A stretch of DNA of 64,000 bases from an uncultured bacterium (GCA_905214285.1 CAJMLI010000002.1:101015-165014), one strand, 5' to 3'. Positions 1 through 9,261 are shown, counted from the first letter of the stretch. Notes: generated from the sequence alone by a model not told the origin. A program made the numbers and translations.

Positions 1-412
1 GGTCATGGTTCAAAAGGAGGTTGCCGATCGCATTGCCGCGGTGCCGGGTAACAAGACCTATGGCGGCTACACGGCAAAGCTCGGCCTGTATGCGCAGGTT
101 ACGGGTCGCTTTGAGGTGCCGCCACGTTGCTTTATGCCGGCACCGCACGTGGACTCGGCCGTCGTGCGTATCGACCGTGTTGACGGCGTGGCGCCCGAAG
201 GACTCGATCGCGAGTTTGTGGCCCGCGTGATTGATGCTGCATTTGCTCAGCGCCGCAAGACCATCCGCAATTCCATGAGCGCCAACGGCTTTGCCAAGGA
301 CGTGCTCGACGCCGCCTTTGAGGCTTGCGGTATCGCACCCACCACGCGCGCAGAAACGCTTGATGTTGCCGACTTTATCCGCCTGGCTCAGGAGCTCATC
401 CATGATGCCTAA
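1..412 (+). CDS. rsmA: 16S rRNA (adenine1518/1519-N6)-dimethyltransferase RsmA/KsgA, C-terminal part; the 5' end lies outside the window
   Basis: ORF 5..412 translates to a KsgA-like C-terminal domain (MVQKEVADRIAA...FVARVIDAAFAQRRKT...). The stop TAA at 410-412 overlaps the start of the next gene. Confidence 0.8.
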   Translation, partial: VMVQKEVADRIAAVPGNKTYGGYTAKLGLYAQVTGRFEVPPRCFMPAPHVDSAVVRIDRVDGVAPEGLDREFVARVIDAAFAQRRKTIRNSMSANGFAKDVLDAAFEACGIAPTTRAETLDVADFIRLAQELIHDA

Positions 413-1319
413 TGCCGAACGCGTGACGTTTACCAAGAAAAAGAAGACGGTTGCTTGTCCCGTGCCCTTGGCACCGCTTGCTGACACGCATGCGCATCTG
501 CTTTCGTTTTGGGGGAAAGAAGTGCCCGAGACGCTCGTGCGCGCCAAAGCCGCGGGCGTCGACCTGTTGGTGACGATGCTCGACCCCATCGCCGACAAGC
601 GCAGCGTGACGGACTATAGCGACTGGCTCGTGCGCGAAATTCTGCCGATGCGGGATATTCCGCAGATCAAGTATCTCGCTGGCGTTCACCCCTATGGCGC
701 GCCGGATTATACCGATGACATTCACGCGCAGGTTGTTGCTGCGCTCGATGACCCTTTGTGCGCCGGTATCGGCGAGATCGGTCTGGACTACCACACGGAT
801 TACGACGACGACATCGCGCCGGCGCCCCACAGTGTGCAGATTGATTGCATGGCGCGTCAGCTCGAAGTTGCCGTGCGCCGCAATGTGCCGGTGGAGCTGC
901 ACCTGCGGCACGAGGACTCGGATGGGGAGCGCACCTCGCATATGGATGCGTACAACGTGCTGCGCGAGGTGGGTGTGCCTCAGGCCGGTTGCGTGCTGCA
1001 CTGCTTTGGCGAGGACCGCGCCACGATGGAGCGCTTTGTGGAGCTGGGCTGCTATATCGCCTATGGTGGTGCGGCCACCTTTAAGCGCAACGATGACGTG
1101 CGCGAGGCATTTGCGGCGACCCCGCTCGACCGCATTTTGTTCGAGACGGATTGCCCGTATATGGCGCCGGAGCCCATTCGCGGTCTTGAATGCGAGCCAG
1201 CAATGATCTCCATTACGGCAAACGCGCTGGTTAACGACCGTGTCGATCGCACTGGTGAGGACGCCGAAACAATCGCGCATGCCGCTTGGGAAAATGCCTG
1301 CAAACTTTTTCAAAAATAG
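402..1319 (+). CDS. TatD family metal-dependent hydrolase (DNase)
   Basis: ATG at 402/405 sits directly at the rsmA stop. The protein has a TatD-like fold (ADTHAHL..., GEIGLDYH, ...FETDCPYMAP). The rsmA-tatD linkage is common. Confidence 0.8.
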   Translation: MMPNAERVTFTKKKKTVACPVPLAPLADTHAHLLSFWGKEVPETLVRAKAAGVDLLVTMLDPIADKRSVTDYSDWLVREILPMRDIPQIKYLAGVHPYGAPDYTDDIHAQVVAALDDPLCAGIGEIGLDYHTDYDDDIAPAPHSVQIDCMARQLEVAVRRNVPVELHLRHEDSDGERTSHMDAYNVLREVGVPQAGCVLHCFGEDRATMERFVELGCYIAYGGAATFKRNDDVREAFAATPLDRILFETDCPYMAPEPIRGLECEPAMISITANALVNDRVDRTGEDAETIAHAAWENACKLFQK

Positions 1320-1362
1320 TTCTTGCGTTCGCGGTGGCGCTCCGTTATTCTAATTCCTGCAC

Positions 1363-1449
1363 GCGGGCGTGGCGGAATTGGCAGACGCGTACGGTTCAGG
1401 TCCGTATGGGGGCAACCCCATGAAGGTTCAAGTCCTTTCGCCCGCACCA
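1363..1449 (+). tRNA. tRNA-Leu (anticodon CAG), long variable arm, CCA encoded
   Basis: Acceptor stem GCGGGCG/CGCCCGC, D-arm GCGGAATTGGCAGACGC, anticodon loop TTCAGGT, variable arm GGGGGCAACCCCATG, T-arm AAGGTTCAAGTCCTT, 3' end ACCA. Confidence 0.85.
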
Positions 1450-1500
1450 TTGATTGAAAGAGCTCCCAGCAATGGGGGCTTTTTTGTTATGTGCCCATCG
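1432..1500 (+). repeat. Direct repeat copy 1: tRNA-Leu 3' end plus terminator
   Basis: About 62 nt (gtcctttcgcccgcaccattgattgaaagagctcccagcaatggg(g/a)gcttttttgttatg) repeated at 1618-1680 with 2 mismatches. Confidence 0.8.
1462..1486 (+). terminator. Rho-independent terminator after tRNA-Leu
   Basis: Stem GCTCCCA/TGGGGGC, loop GCAA, then TTTTTT. Confidence 0.55.
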
Positions 1501-1617
1501 CAGGGACTTGAACCTGTGAAGGAGCGAGCGTCAAGAAAACGCGGAGCGTTTTTAGCGAGCTGGCGAGTCCGCCGGCAGGCGGGCGAAGCCGGTGCGGATC
1601 CGCGAAGCGGATACGCG

Positions 1618-1680
1618 GACGTCCTTTCGCCCGCACCATTGATTGAAAGAGCTCCCAGCAATGGGAGCTTTTTTGTTATG
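1618..1680 (+). repeat. Direct repeat copy 2: duplicated tRNA-Leu 3' end plus terminator (attR-like footprint)
   Basis: Near-identical to 1432-1500 but no full tRNA body precedes it. Confidence 0.8.
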
Positions 1681-1737
1681 CACGATCTCCTTGGACGGGT
1701 ATCCTAGTACCAACGTGTGCCTATCAGAGGAGAGACC

Positions 1738-2676
1738 ATGCTATTTTCCGGTATCATCGCCGCCCTTACCAGCCTTTTGATTCCCATCATCATCCTGTTG
1801 TTGCTGCTCCCCAACGCCTGCTACGTCGTTGAGCAGCAGCACGCTGTGATCATCGAGCGCTTGGGTAAGTTCAATCGTATCGTCAACGCGGGCTTCCACG
1901 TGAAGGTGCCCGTGATTGACCGCAAGGCCGCCACGGTGAGTCTGCGCACCATGAAAAATGGTTTTGGCATCGACGTTAAGACCCAGGACAACGTGACCAT
2001 TGGCCTTGAGGTCTCCGCTCAGTACCACGTGAGCTATGACATGGGCGCCGGCCCGGCAGATTCGGGCATCTACAAGAGCTACTATATGCTGCAGGAGCCC
2101 GTCGACCAGATGCGCGACTTCATCACCGACGCCCTGCGCTCCTCCATCCCCGTCTACACACTCGATGAGGTCTTTGCCAAGAAGGATGACATCGCCAAGG
2201 ATGTCAACGCTACCGTTTCCGAGCAGATGGCCGCCTACGGCTTCACCCTCGTGTCGACGCTCATCACCAAAATCGCACTGCCGACCGAGGTTGAGAACTC
2301 CATGAACGACATCAACGCTGCCCAGCGCAAGCGCGCTGCCGCGCAGGAGCTCGCCGAGGCCGACCGCATCAAGCGCGTCACCGAGGCGACCGCCGAGGCC
2401 GAGGCTATGGAAAAGGCGGGCGAGGGCATCGCCAACCAGCGCAAGGCCATCGCGCTGGGTATCAAAGATTCGCTCGAGATCATCCAGGAGACGGGTGTCG
2501 GCAATGACGAGGCCAACCAACTGTTCATGTTTACGCAGTGGTCCGAGATGATGACGGAGTTCGCTCGCACGGGTAAAACCTCGACGGTCGTGCTGCCGAG
2601 CGACTTTTCGCAGTCGGCTTCGATGTTCGAGCAGATGCTGGCCGCCGGCAAAGTTCAAAACGATTCGAAGGAGTAG
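1738..2676 (+). CDS. SPFH/band-7 (stomatin/prohibitin-like) membrane protein
   Basis: N-terminal TM segment (LFSGIIAALTSLLIPIIILLLLL), then an SPFH core (VVEQQHAVIIERLGKFNRIVNAGFHVKVPVIDR...) and a C-terminal coiled coil. RBS AGAGGAGAG precedes the ATG at 1738; an alternative ATG lies at 1717. Confidence 0.8.
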   Translation: MLFSGIIAALTSLLIPIIILLLLLPNACYVVEQQHAVIIERLGKFNRIVNAGFHVKVPVIDRKAATVSLRTMKNGFGIDVKTQDNVTIGLEVSAQYHVSYDMGAGPADSGIYKSYYMLQEPVDQMRDFITDALRSSIPVYTLDEVFAKKDDIAKDVNATVSEQMAAYGFTLVSTLITKIALPTEVENSMNDINAAQRKRAAAQELAEADRIKRVTEATAEAEAMEKAGEGIANQRKAIALGIKDSLEIIQETGVGNDEANQLFMFTQWSEMMTEFARTGKTSTVVLPSDFSQSASMFEQMLAAGKVQNDSKE

Positions 2677-2682
2677 ACGCGC

Positions 2683-3153
2683 GTGAAATACACCGTCGTT
2701 TGCGTCGGTAAGCTCAAGGAGCGCTTTTGGAAGGACGCGTGCGCTGAGTACACCAAGCGCCTAGGTGCCTATGCCAAGGTGGATATCCGCGAGGTGGCCG
2801 ATATCGACCCGGCTAAGGCGGGCGGCGTGGATGCCGCGCGCGACAAGGAGGGGGCGGCGATTCTTGCCGCCTTGCCATCTCGAGCGCATGTGATCCTGCT
2901 GGCTATCGAGGGCAAGGAGCGCTCGAGCGAGGAGTTTTCGGCGAGGCTCGACGATCTTATGCTGCGAGGCAGCAGCGACATTGCCTTTGTAATCGGCGGT
3001 TCGGACGGCGTGAGCGATGACGTGCGCGCACGAGCCGACGAGATGCTCAGCTTTGGACGCATTACCTTGCCGCATAACCTGGCGCGTGTGGTGCTGCTGG
3101 AGCAGATTTACCGTGCCTGCAAGATCAGTCGTGGCGAGCCGTATCACAAATAG
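2683..3153 (+). CDS. rlmH: 23S rRNA (pseudouridine1915-N3)-methyltransferase RlmH
   Basis: GTG start. 156 aa with RlmH/SPOUT hallmarks (MKYTVVCVGKLKE...FVIGGSDGV...LPHNLARVVLLEQIYRA). Confidence 0.85.
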   Translation: MKYTVVCVGKLKERFWKDACAEYTKRLGAYAKVDIREVADIDPAKAGGVDAARDKEGAAILAALPSRAHVILLAIEGKERSSEEFSARLDDLMLRGSSDIAFVIGGSDGVSDDVRARADEMLSFGRITLPHNLARVVLLEQIYRACKISRGEPYHK

Positions 3154-3226
3154 GTCGGCAATACGAAACAATGGCGTGGGACAATACCTTTCGTTTTGAG
3201 GAATGTGTCTGAAAGGACTATGCGAT

Positions 3227-3997
3227 ATGAAGATTGGATTTGTCGGTTTTGGCAATATGGCGAGCGCTATGGCCGATGGCTGGATCGCTGCCGGTGTAGC
3301 TGCGAGCGACATGTGCGCCTGCGCGGGTCGCTACGACGCACTGGTTGAGCGCTGTGAGGCGCGCGGGATGGCCGCTTGCCACGATGCCGCCGAGGTTGTC
3401 GCCGCATCCGATATCGTGGTCGCTGCGGTCAAGCCGTACATGATCGAGAAGGTATTCGCCCCGCTCAAGGATGCTCTTGCCAAAAAGGTCGTTCTGTCGG
3501 TTGCCTGGACCTGGGACAGTGCCAAGTGGGAGCAGGTCCTGCCGGACGTCGCGCATATCTCGACGGTGCCCAACACGCCGGTTTCAGTGGGTGAGGGCGT
3601 CATCGCCTGCGAGAAGGCTTCGACGCTCAATGACGAGCGGCGCGCTGTGGTGCTCGATCTACTTGGCAAGCTTGGCACGGTGGTTGAGCTCGACACGAGC
3701 CTGCTGTTCGTGGGCGGCACGGTGGGTGGTTGCGCTCCGGCATTTGTCGCTATGGCAATCGAGGCCCTGGGCGATGCGGCGGTCAAGCACGGTATCCCGC
3801 GTGCGGATGCTTATCGCATTGTGAGCCAGATGGTGCTGGGTACGGCAAAGCTGCAGCTTGCAACTGGCCAGCATCCTGCGGCGATGAAGGATGCCGTATG
3901 CTCGCCCGGTGGTGCCACCATCAAGGGCGTCGTTGCGCTCGAGGACGCCGGCATGCGCAGCGCCCTGGTCAAGGCAATCGACGCAACCCTCCAGTAA
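3227..3997 (+). CDS. proC: Pyrroline-5-carboxylate reductase ProC
   Basis: MKIGFVGFGNMASAMADGW Rossmann N-terminus, ...CSPGGATIKGV C-terminal motif. The ORF opens at 3203 but the start is probably ATG 3227. Confidence 0.85.
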   Translation: MKIGFVGFGNMASAMADGWIAAGVAASDMCACAGRYDALVERCEARGMAACHDAAEVVAASDIVVAAVKPYMIEKVFAPLKDALAKKVVLSVAWTWDSAKWEQVLPDVAHISTVPNTPVSVGEGVIACEKASTLNDERRAVVLDLLGKLGTVVELDTSLLFVGGTVGGCAPAFVAMAIEALGDAAVKHGIPRADAYRIVSQMVLGTAKLQLATGQHPAAMKDAVCSPGGATIKGVVALEDAGMRSALVKAIDATLQ

Positions 3998-4000
3998 AAC

Positions 4001-4155
4001 CGACCAAAAAAGGGACAGTTTATTTTGGCAGGTTTTTCCTGCGGTTTTGTCCTTTTAGCGAAAAGCGCCCCGCAACTGGCTCAATTCCAGTTGCGGGGCG
4101 CTTGCGTTCGCCCGGATAAAACCGACCAAAATAAACCTGTCCCTTTTTGGCGGGT
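4001..4155. repeat. Composite palindromic intergenic element: two inverted ~38-nt arms (aaccgaccaaaa.aaacctgtccctttttggc) around a perfect 14-bp-stem hairpin (gcgccccgcaactgg ctcaattc cagttgcggggcgc)
   Basis: Read directly from the sequence. A single related arm recurs at 52884-52918. Confidence 0.7.
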
Positions 4156-4328
4156 TAGTCCCAGAAGCTGTCTTCTTCGTCCTCGGATTTGGGGCCGCGG
4201 TCGACATACATCTTATGGGTGCGCTTCTCCATTACAAAGGCAAGAATCGCAAACAGCAGGATGCCGCCGGCGAAAAGGATGGCAAAACCGGTGCGGGTGC
4301 CAAACAAAAAGGAAAAAACTGCGTCCAT
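4155..4328 (-). CDS. Small hypothetical membrane protein, 57 aa: hydrophobic N-terminus and acidic C-terminal tail
   Basis: Hand-translated minus-strand ORF MDAVFSFLFGTRTGFAILFAGGILLFAILAFVMEKRTHKMYVDRGPKSEDEEDSFWD. It falls below the 60-aa cutoff of the supplied ORF track. GAAGG lies 8 nt upstream of the ATG. Confidence 0.35.
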   Translation of the reverse strand: MDAVFSFLFGTRTGFAILFAGGILLFAILAFVMEKRTHKMYVDRGPKSEDEEDSFWD

Positions 4329-4439
4329 TGGGTGCCTTCTTGCGTAGTTGAGTTGGGTCGTAAACGTTCATAAGTATATACTTGCCCATACATGTACAAG
4401 GTTGCAACCTAAATGGAATGTATATCGCCGGAGGATCTA

Positions 4440-5723
4440 ATGCTTGATATCAAGTTTGTTCGCGAGAACCCTGATGCCATCGATGTCGCCATGGCTAACC
4501 GCCAGACGTCTTGGGATCGCGAGAAGTTCTTTGAGCTCGACGACGAGCGTCGTGCCGTCATCACCGAGGTTGAGGAACTTCAAGCCACGCGCAATGCCGA
4601 GTCCAAGAAGATCGGCGCCCTGATGAAGGAGGGCAAGAAGGACGAGGCCGAGGCCGCCAAGGAGGCCGTGCGCGCCGTCAACGAGAAGATTGACGGTCTG
4701 GCCGAGCGCCGCACCGCCCTCGAGCAGGAGCAGTACGACTTCATGGCTCACCTGCCCAACATTCCTTGCGAGGCCACGCCGTACGGCAAGGACGAGGACG
4801 AGAACATCGAGCGCCGTCGTTGGGGCACCCCGCGCGAGTTCGACTTCGACTTTAAGCCGCACTGGGATCTGGGCACCGACCTCGACATCCTTGACTTCGA
4901 GCGCGGCAACAAGCTCTCCGGCAGCCGCTTCACCGTTCTCGGTGGCGCCGGCGCCCGTCTTGAGCGCGCCCTCATCAACTTCTTCCTCGATACGCACACC
5001 AGCCGTGGTTTTAAGGAGTGGTGGCCGCCCATCGTCGTCAAGCGTCAGACCATGTTCGGCACGGGCCAGCTGCCCAAGTTCGAGGACGACGCCTATCACG
5101 TCTCGGGCGACAACTTCCTGATCCCCACCGCCGAGGTCGTGCTCACCAACCTGCACGCCGGTGAGGTCCTCGACGCCGATACCCTGCCGCGCCGCTACAC
5201 CGCCTTCACCCCCTGCTTCCGCGAGGAGGCCGGCTCCGCTGGTCGCGATACCCGCGGCATCATTCGCCAGCACGAGTTCGACAAGGTCGAGATGGTAAAG
5301 TTTGCCAAGCCGGAGGAGTCCGACGAAGAGCTCGAGAGCATGACCGCCGAGGCCGAGTTCCTGCTGCAGCAGCTGGGTCTTCCGTATCGCGTGATTAGCC
5401 TGTGCACCGGCGACCTGGGCTTCTCTGCCCGTCAGACCTACGACGTCGAGGTCTGGCTGCCGAGCTACAACGCCTACAAGGAGATCAGCTCCTGCTCCAA
5501 CTGCGGTGACTTCCAGGCCCGTCGCGCCAACATCAAGTATCGCGACCCCGAGAACTTCAAGGGTTCGCGCTATCTGCACACCCTCAACGGTTCCGGTCTG
5601 CCGGCTGGCCGTACCATGGCAGCCATTCTGGAGAACTACCAGAACGCTGACGGCACCATCACGATCCCCGAGGTTCTGCGTCCCTACATGGGCGGCCTCG
5701 AGAAGATCGAGCCGGTCGCGTAG
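4440..5723 (+). CDS. serS: Seryl-tRNA synthetase SerS
   Basis: Canonical [12 protein letters not shown]-terminus, coiled-coil tRNA-binding arm, class II motifs ([43 protein letters not shown]). Confidence 0.9.
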   Translation: MLDIKFVRENPDAIDVAMANRQTSWDREKFFELDDERRAVITEVEELQATRNAESKKIGALMKEGKKDEAEAAKEAVRAVNEKIDGLAERRTALEQEQYDFMAHLPNIPCEATPYGKDEDENIERRRWGTPREFDFDFKPHWDLGTDLDILDFERGNKLSGSRFTVLGGAGARLERALINFFLDTHTSRGFKEWWPPIVVKRQTMFGTGQLPKFEDDAYHVSGDNFLIPTAEVVLTNLHAGEVLDADTLPRRYTAFTPCFREEAGSAGRDTRGIIRQHEFDKVEMVKFAKPEESDEELESMTAEAEFLLQQLGLPYRVISLCTGDLGFSARQTYDVEVWLPSYNAYKEISSCSNCGDFQARRANIKYRDPENFKGSRYLHTLNGSGLPAGRTMAAILENYQNADGTITIPEVLRPYMGGLEKIEPVA

Positions 5724-5746
5724 ATTGGCTGCATAAGCGATTTGCT

Positions 5747-5776
5747 AGGGCACTCCTTTTTGGGGTGCCCTTTTTG
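5747..5776 (+). terminator. Terminator hairpin after serS (GGGCAC...GTGCCC plus T-run)
   Basis: agggcactcctttttggggtgccctttttg. Confidence 0.5.
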
Positions 5777-5894
5777 TGTGCGGCCATACCATGCTGTGCG
5801 GACAGCTCAATAGAAAACACACGAACAACTGTTCTGTATACAGCCATCTACCTGCTATGCTTTTGCTAAATAAGAGCGAGAGAAAGGGGACGCG

Positions 5895-6272
5895 ATGGAG
5901 CTGTTTGATGATCGGGTGGTTTTGTTTGAGAGCGACGAGGGCGGGGAGTACCTGCTTGTGACGTGTGAGCCGTCTGGCATGGGTGGCCTGGTGGTTCGAC
6001 AGACGAGCGAGGGTCCGTTGACCCAATGGTGCTACGAGGAGTCGCCGCATGTGGTTGAGACGTTTGTGGCGCACGAGGGGCTTGTGGCCCTGGAGCATTT
6101 CTATGGGGTCCGGACATCTAACCAGGTTGCTCGCATGTTGAGTATCTCGTTTGCCGATTATGATTGTGCCCAGCGGGTGAGATCGCTCCTGAGGGAACTT
6201 GATGCTAAGTTTGACGTGATCGAAAAGCCAATCGATCGTACGGGGAACGACGGTATATGCGGAGCAGCATGA
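5895..6272 (+). CDS. Hypothetical protein, 125 aa
   Basis: Good RBS (AAAGGGGA, 6 nt before ATG). No recognisable family. An alternative antisense ORF exists (5745..6275 -). Confidence 0.4.
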   Translation: MELFDDRVVLFESDEGGEYLLVTCEPSGMGGLVVRQTSEGPLTQWCYEESPHVVETFVAHEGLVALEHFYGVRTSNQVARMLSISFADYDCAQRVRSLLRELDAKFDVIEKPIDRTGNDGICGAA

Positions 6273-6349
6273 CAAAACTGCGTTTCACAAAAAAGTTTGA
6301 GATTGTGCTTGACTCCAATAAGCTAAAGTGGTTTTATATATCTTGCGCT

Positions 6350-6426
6350 GCGGCGTTACCTCAGCTGGATAGAGGGTCTGACTACGAATCAGAACGTCAT
6401 AGGTTCGAATCCTATACGCCGCACCA
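6350..6426 (+). tRNA. tRNA-Arg (anticodon ACG)
   Basis: Acceptor GCGGCGT/ACGCCGC, D-arm CCTCAGCTGGATAGAGG, anticodon loop CTACGAA, T-arm ATAGGTTCGAATCCTAT, CCA encoded. Confidence 0.85.
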
Positions 6427-6437
6427 TTTGAGATTAA

Positions 6438-6465
6438 AGCTCCCGGCAACGGGGGCTTTTCTTTT
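6438..6465 (+). terminator. Rho-independent terminator after tRNA-Arg
   Basis: agctcccggcaacgggggcttttctttt; the same design as the tRNA-Leu terminator. Confidence 0.5.
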
Positions 6466-6588
6466 ACGCCAGCTTGAGTGCTTTCGTCCAAAGGGACGAT
6501 TTCCTGTCGACTCGTGTAAGATTCCGAGTAGATGTCGCGACTTATTCGCGACCACTCCTTCTCAAGCGACCGATCAGGGTGATATTTC

Positions 6589-9030
6589 GTGGCAGAGCGT
6601 CCGACATACAAGCTCAGGTTTCTCGATCCCAAGAAGCGCTTTCCGGCGATGCCCGAGCAGCCAGCGGGACGCTCGTATGGCGTGGTCTGGAAACTCTTTG
6701 GCGAGGATCAGCATGAATCTTGCTATGTCGTCGAATTCGTTGGCAAAAGCCATGTGTCGCTTTTGGGCTACGTAAGCGTTTCGGGTGAGGTGTACAAGGT
6801 GGACCGCCCCGTTAGCGAGGCTCCGCTGCCCAACGATCCCGACATGGAACTGGTCCTTGACGAGTCGGACTCCGGTATTGGTGAGATTATGGTGAGGGGG
6901 GCAAACGGCACGATGCGCGCGTGCGCGCGAACCGTCGGCTCTCCCGAAGGCCCCATGCGCGAGCAGTCCGACCACGAGACATGGAATTCGACCCGCTCCC
7001 TTCCTTACGGCGAGTTCATGGCATCGATGTTCCTGCGCTACGTGATATTCGCTGACTCCGAAAATGCCATTGCGAGCACGGCGGACGCCGGCGGACTCGA
7101 CGAGGGTATGCAAAATGTTATCGACAAGATCAAGCTCGTAAAGTTGCCCGAGCCGGTCGAGGTGTTTTTGGGCTTTAACACGGCACCGCTCCCTGATGCT
7201 ATCGAGACGCTGCTTTACCGCGTTGACCATGCCGAGAATCCGAGCGGTATCGAGCGCTATGCCGCCGCCCTTATGAGTGAAATTGACTTGCCCCGCTTGC
7301 GCACCATCGCCGCTAAGTCCGAGATGAGCCTGGCTCGCATCGATCGCTCAAAGCTTTTCTATCTCAATTTTGATCGTAGTCTGCTGGAGCAGGACGAAAT
7401 TGACACGCTGCTCGCCATCGAGTGCCGTCTCAACCGCCTCTCCGGCATCCTTGAGCGCATCGGGGCTGGATTGGTCCCCGCGGCCTCGTCGCCGAGCCTT
7501 GAGGGCTGCGCGCTCTTCGATGCGTGGCATATCGCTAAGACGACCAACGATGTTCCCCGACTGCTCGATACGGCCTCGAGCGATAACCCGTGGGGCGAAC
7601 CGGGTACGGTGGCTTGCCAACCGGGCGGTGAGTGGGATGTGCGTACCCGCTTCGCGCGTATTGTCGAGGCGCTTAACGTGGTCACGCGGCTCGACTATAC
7701 CTATCGGGCAAACGTTGCCGAGGGGATCATGCTCGTTCGGTTTGGGCAGTCTGTCGTTGATGCCATGCCGCAACGTGAATACGACGCTCAAGATGACGCC
7801 TGGCACGAGCTGGACGAGGACACGCGCACGATCTGGGCCGCGGAGCACGATGCGCGCGTGGCGCTCACGCTTGCGGCAGCGTGTTTTGCCGCGGGCACCT
7901 GCATCACGCGCTGCTATGTGCAGATTGCTGCTCCCGACAGTGAGCAGGGCGAGCGCGTTGTTGCAACGTATTTCTTTGGGCGCGCGGCCTATCTGGCCGA
8001 TTGCGTGCCTGTCGCCAAGGATCTTGAGAGTATAGACATGGACGATATGCCGTGCAAGCGTGTGCTTGAGGCATATGAGTCAACCGCTCCGGAGACGATT
8101 GAACCTGCGGAGGTTCATGCTCGTCCGCGTGATGACCATCGCATGCTGCCGCCGGCGCTGCGCGATCTGCTGCTTGCCGATACGGCTGACGAGCTGGAGG
8201 TCATGGAAGAGGACGACGACCCATACGTGGCCCGTGTTGTTGAATTGCGCGAGCAGGCAAAAGTCGACCGTACAGGTGCTTTTGAAGGCTTTTCCCGTCT
8301 TGTTGAGGAGTTGGAGGCTAAGTGCGCCGTCGCCGAGCTTTTGGCGACAGGTCCGGTTCAAACGCAGTTTTGCGATAACCAGCTGGTGCGCATGGTGCTA
8401 CCGGTGTTGGAAGAAGACCGCTCTGTGCGAATCCTTCGTGCGCCCGATGCGCTGTACTTTGCCCAGCACGAGATCTGCAGCTTTTACGCCGAGCAAGAGG
8501 ACTTTGAACGAGCACTGCCCGAGGTGCGCCATCTTTACGATCTGGCGCGCTCGTCCATGCAGTCGCACTTTGCGCTCATCAACGTGCTTGCGCGTCTGGA
8601 GCGCTTTGACGAGATTATCGAGGTGGCGCGCCACGGCCTACGTATTGCCAGCGATCGTTCTGCAATCGGCTACCTGTTCTATCGCTTGGCGTTTGCCTAT
8701 TGGAATTGCGATCAGCTCGACCTGGCGCTGGCTTGTTACCGTCTGGTGCCGCGCGGCGAGGAGTCGGGCAGCAGCGCGCTGGAAGAAATGCAGGGCCTTA
8801 TGAACGAGATGGGCGTCAGCGAGCCTCCGACGTTCGAGGAAGCGGTCGAGACCATCCATAAGGCTGGACTAGAGCTGCCGCCAGTGTCCGCCGTGACGAA
8901 TCAGCTGGCAGATGCCGCTGTGCAACTGGTCGACAACGGTTTCTTTTTCCTGGCGCGCGGTTGTATCTTCCAAATGTGGCGCACCATGGGCAACGACGAG
9001 CTCGGCTCCCTCAACCGCTCGCTGGGGTAG
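6589..9030 (+). CDS. Large hypothetical cytoplasmic protein, 813 aa, C-terminal TPR-like helical repeats, no TM segments
   Basis: Long uninterrupted ORF. GTG start with AGGGTGA RBS; an alternative ATG lies at 6649. No family recognised by eye. The C-terminus has TPR-like helices (YLFYRLAFAYWNCDQLDLALACYRLV). Confidence 0.6.
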   Translation: MAERPTYKLRFLDPKKRFPAMPEQPAGRSYGVVWKLFGEDQHESCYVVEFVGKSHVSLLGYVSVSGEVYKVDRPVSEAPLPNDPDMELVLDESDSGIGEIMVRGANGTMRACARTVGSPEGPMREQSDHETWNSTRSLPYGEFMASMFLRYVIFADSENAIASTADAGGLDEGMQNVIDKIKLVKLPEPVEVFLGFNTAPLPDAIETLLYRVDHAENPSGIERYAAALMSEIDLPRLRTIAAKSEMSLARIDRSKLFYLNFDRSLLEQDEIDTLLAIECRLNRLSGILERIGAGLVPAASSPSLEGCALFDAWHIAKTTNDVPRLLDTASSDNPWGEPGTVACQPGGEWDVRTRFARIVEALNVVTRLDYTYRANVAEGIMLVRFGQSVVDAMPQREYDAQDDAWHELDEDTRTIWAAEHDARVALTLAAACFAAGTCITRCYVQIAAPDSEQGERVVATYFFGRAAYLADCVPVAKDLESIDMDDMPCKRVLEAYESTAPETIEPAEVHARPRDDHRMLPPALRDLLLADTADELEVMEEDDDPYVARVVELREQAKVDRTGAFEGFSRLVEELEAKCAVAELLATGPVQTQFCDNQLVRMVLPVLEEDRSVRILRAPDALYFAQHEICSFYAEQEDFERALPEVRHLYDLARSSMQSHFALINVLARLERFDEIIEVARHGLRIASDRSAIGYLFYRLAFAYWNCDQLDLALACYRLVPRGEESGSSALEEMQGLMNEMGVSEPPTFEEAVETIHKAGLELPPVSAVTNQLADAAVQLVDNGFFFLARGCIFQMWRTMGNDELGSLNRSLG

Positions 9031-9122
9031 GCGAAGCTTTCAAGAAGGAAAGGCTGCTAGGCAATTAGAAAATTTCCTCTTGCTCATCCTTGGCTGTTTG
9101 GTTACTATAGAACGGCTGTTAC

Positions 9123-9213
9123 GGAGAGCTGACCGAGAGGCCGAAGGTGCTCGCCTGCTAAGCGAGTATGCCCCAAAAGGGCATCTGGGGTTCGAATCCC
9201 CAGCTCTCCGCCA
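9123..9213 (+). tRNA. tRNA-Ser (anticodon GCT), long variable arm
   Basis: Acceptor GGAGAGC/GCTCTCC, anticodon arm CTCGC-CTGCTAA-GCGAG, variable arm TATGCCCCAAAAGGGCATC, T-arm TGGGGTTCGAATCCCCA, GCCA end. Confidence 0.85.
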
Positions 9214-9229
9214 GTATGACTTGAAAGAA

Positions 9230-9253
9230 GGGTCCCATTTGGGGCCCTTTTTT
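9230..9253 (+). terminator. Terminator after tRNA-Ser (GGGTCCC ATTT GGGGCCC + TTTTTT)
   Basis: Seen in sequence; repeated at 9420-9442. Confidence 0.55.
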
Positions 9254-9261
9254 GTGCGGAG

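Noticed and set aside
1369-1707. 112-aa plus-strand ORF and 77-aa minus-strand ORF across the tRNA-Leu region
   Set aside because: They overlap the tRNA gene and the duplicated terminator repeat. The translation is just a readout of the repeated sequence.
4330-4440. T-box leader upstream of serS, and likewise upstream of hisS and aspS
   Set aside because: No T-box consensus (AATTAGGGTGGTACCGCG-like) and no specifier-loop or antiterminator architecture could be recognised. The serS leader is simply AT-rich.
6285-6632. 115-aa minus-strand ORF over tRNA-Arg
   Set aside because: Overlaps a canonical tRNA gene and its terminator.
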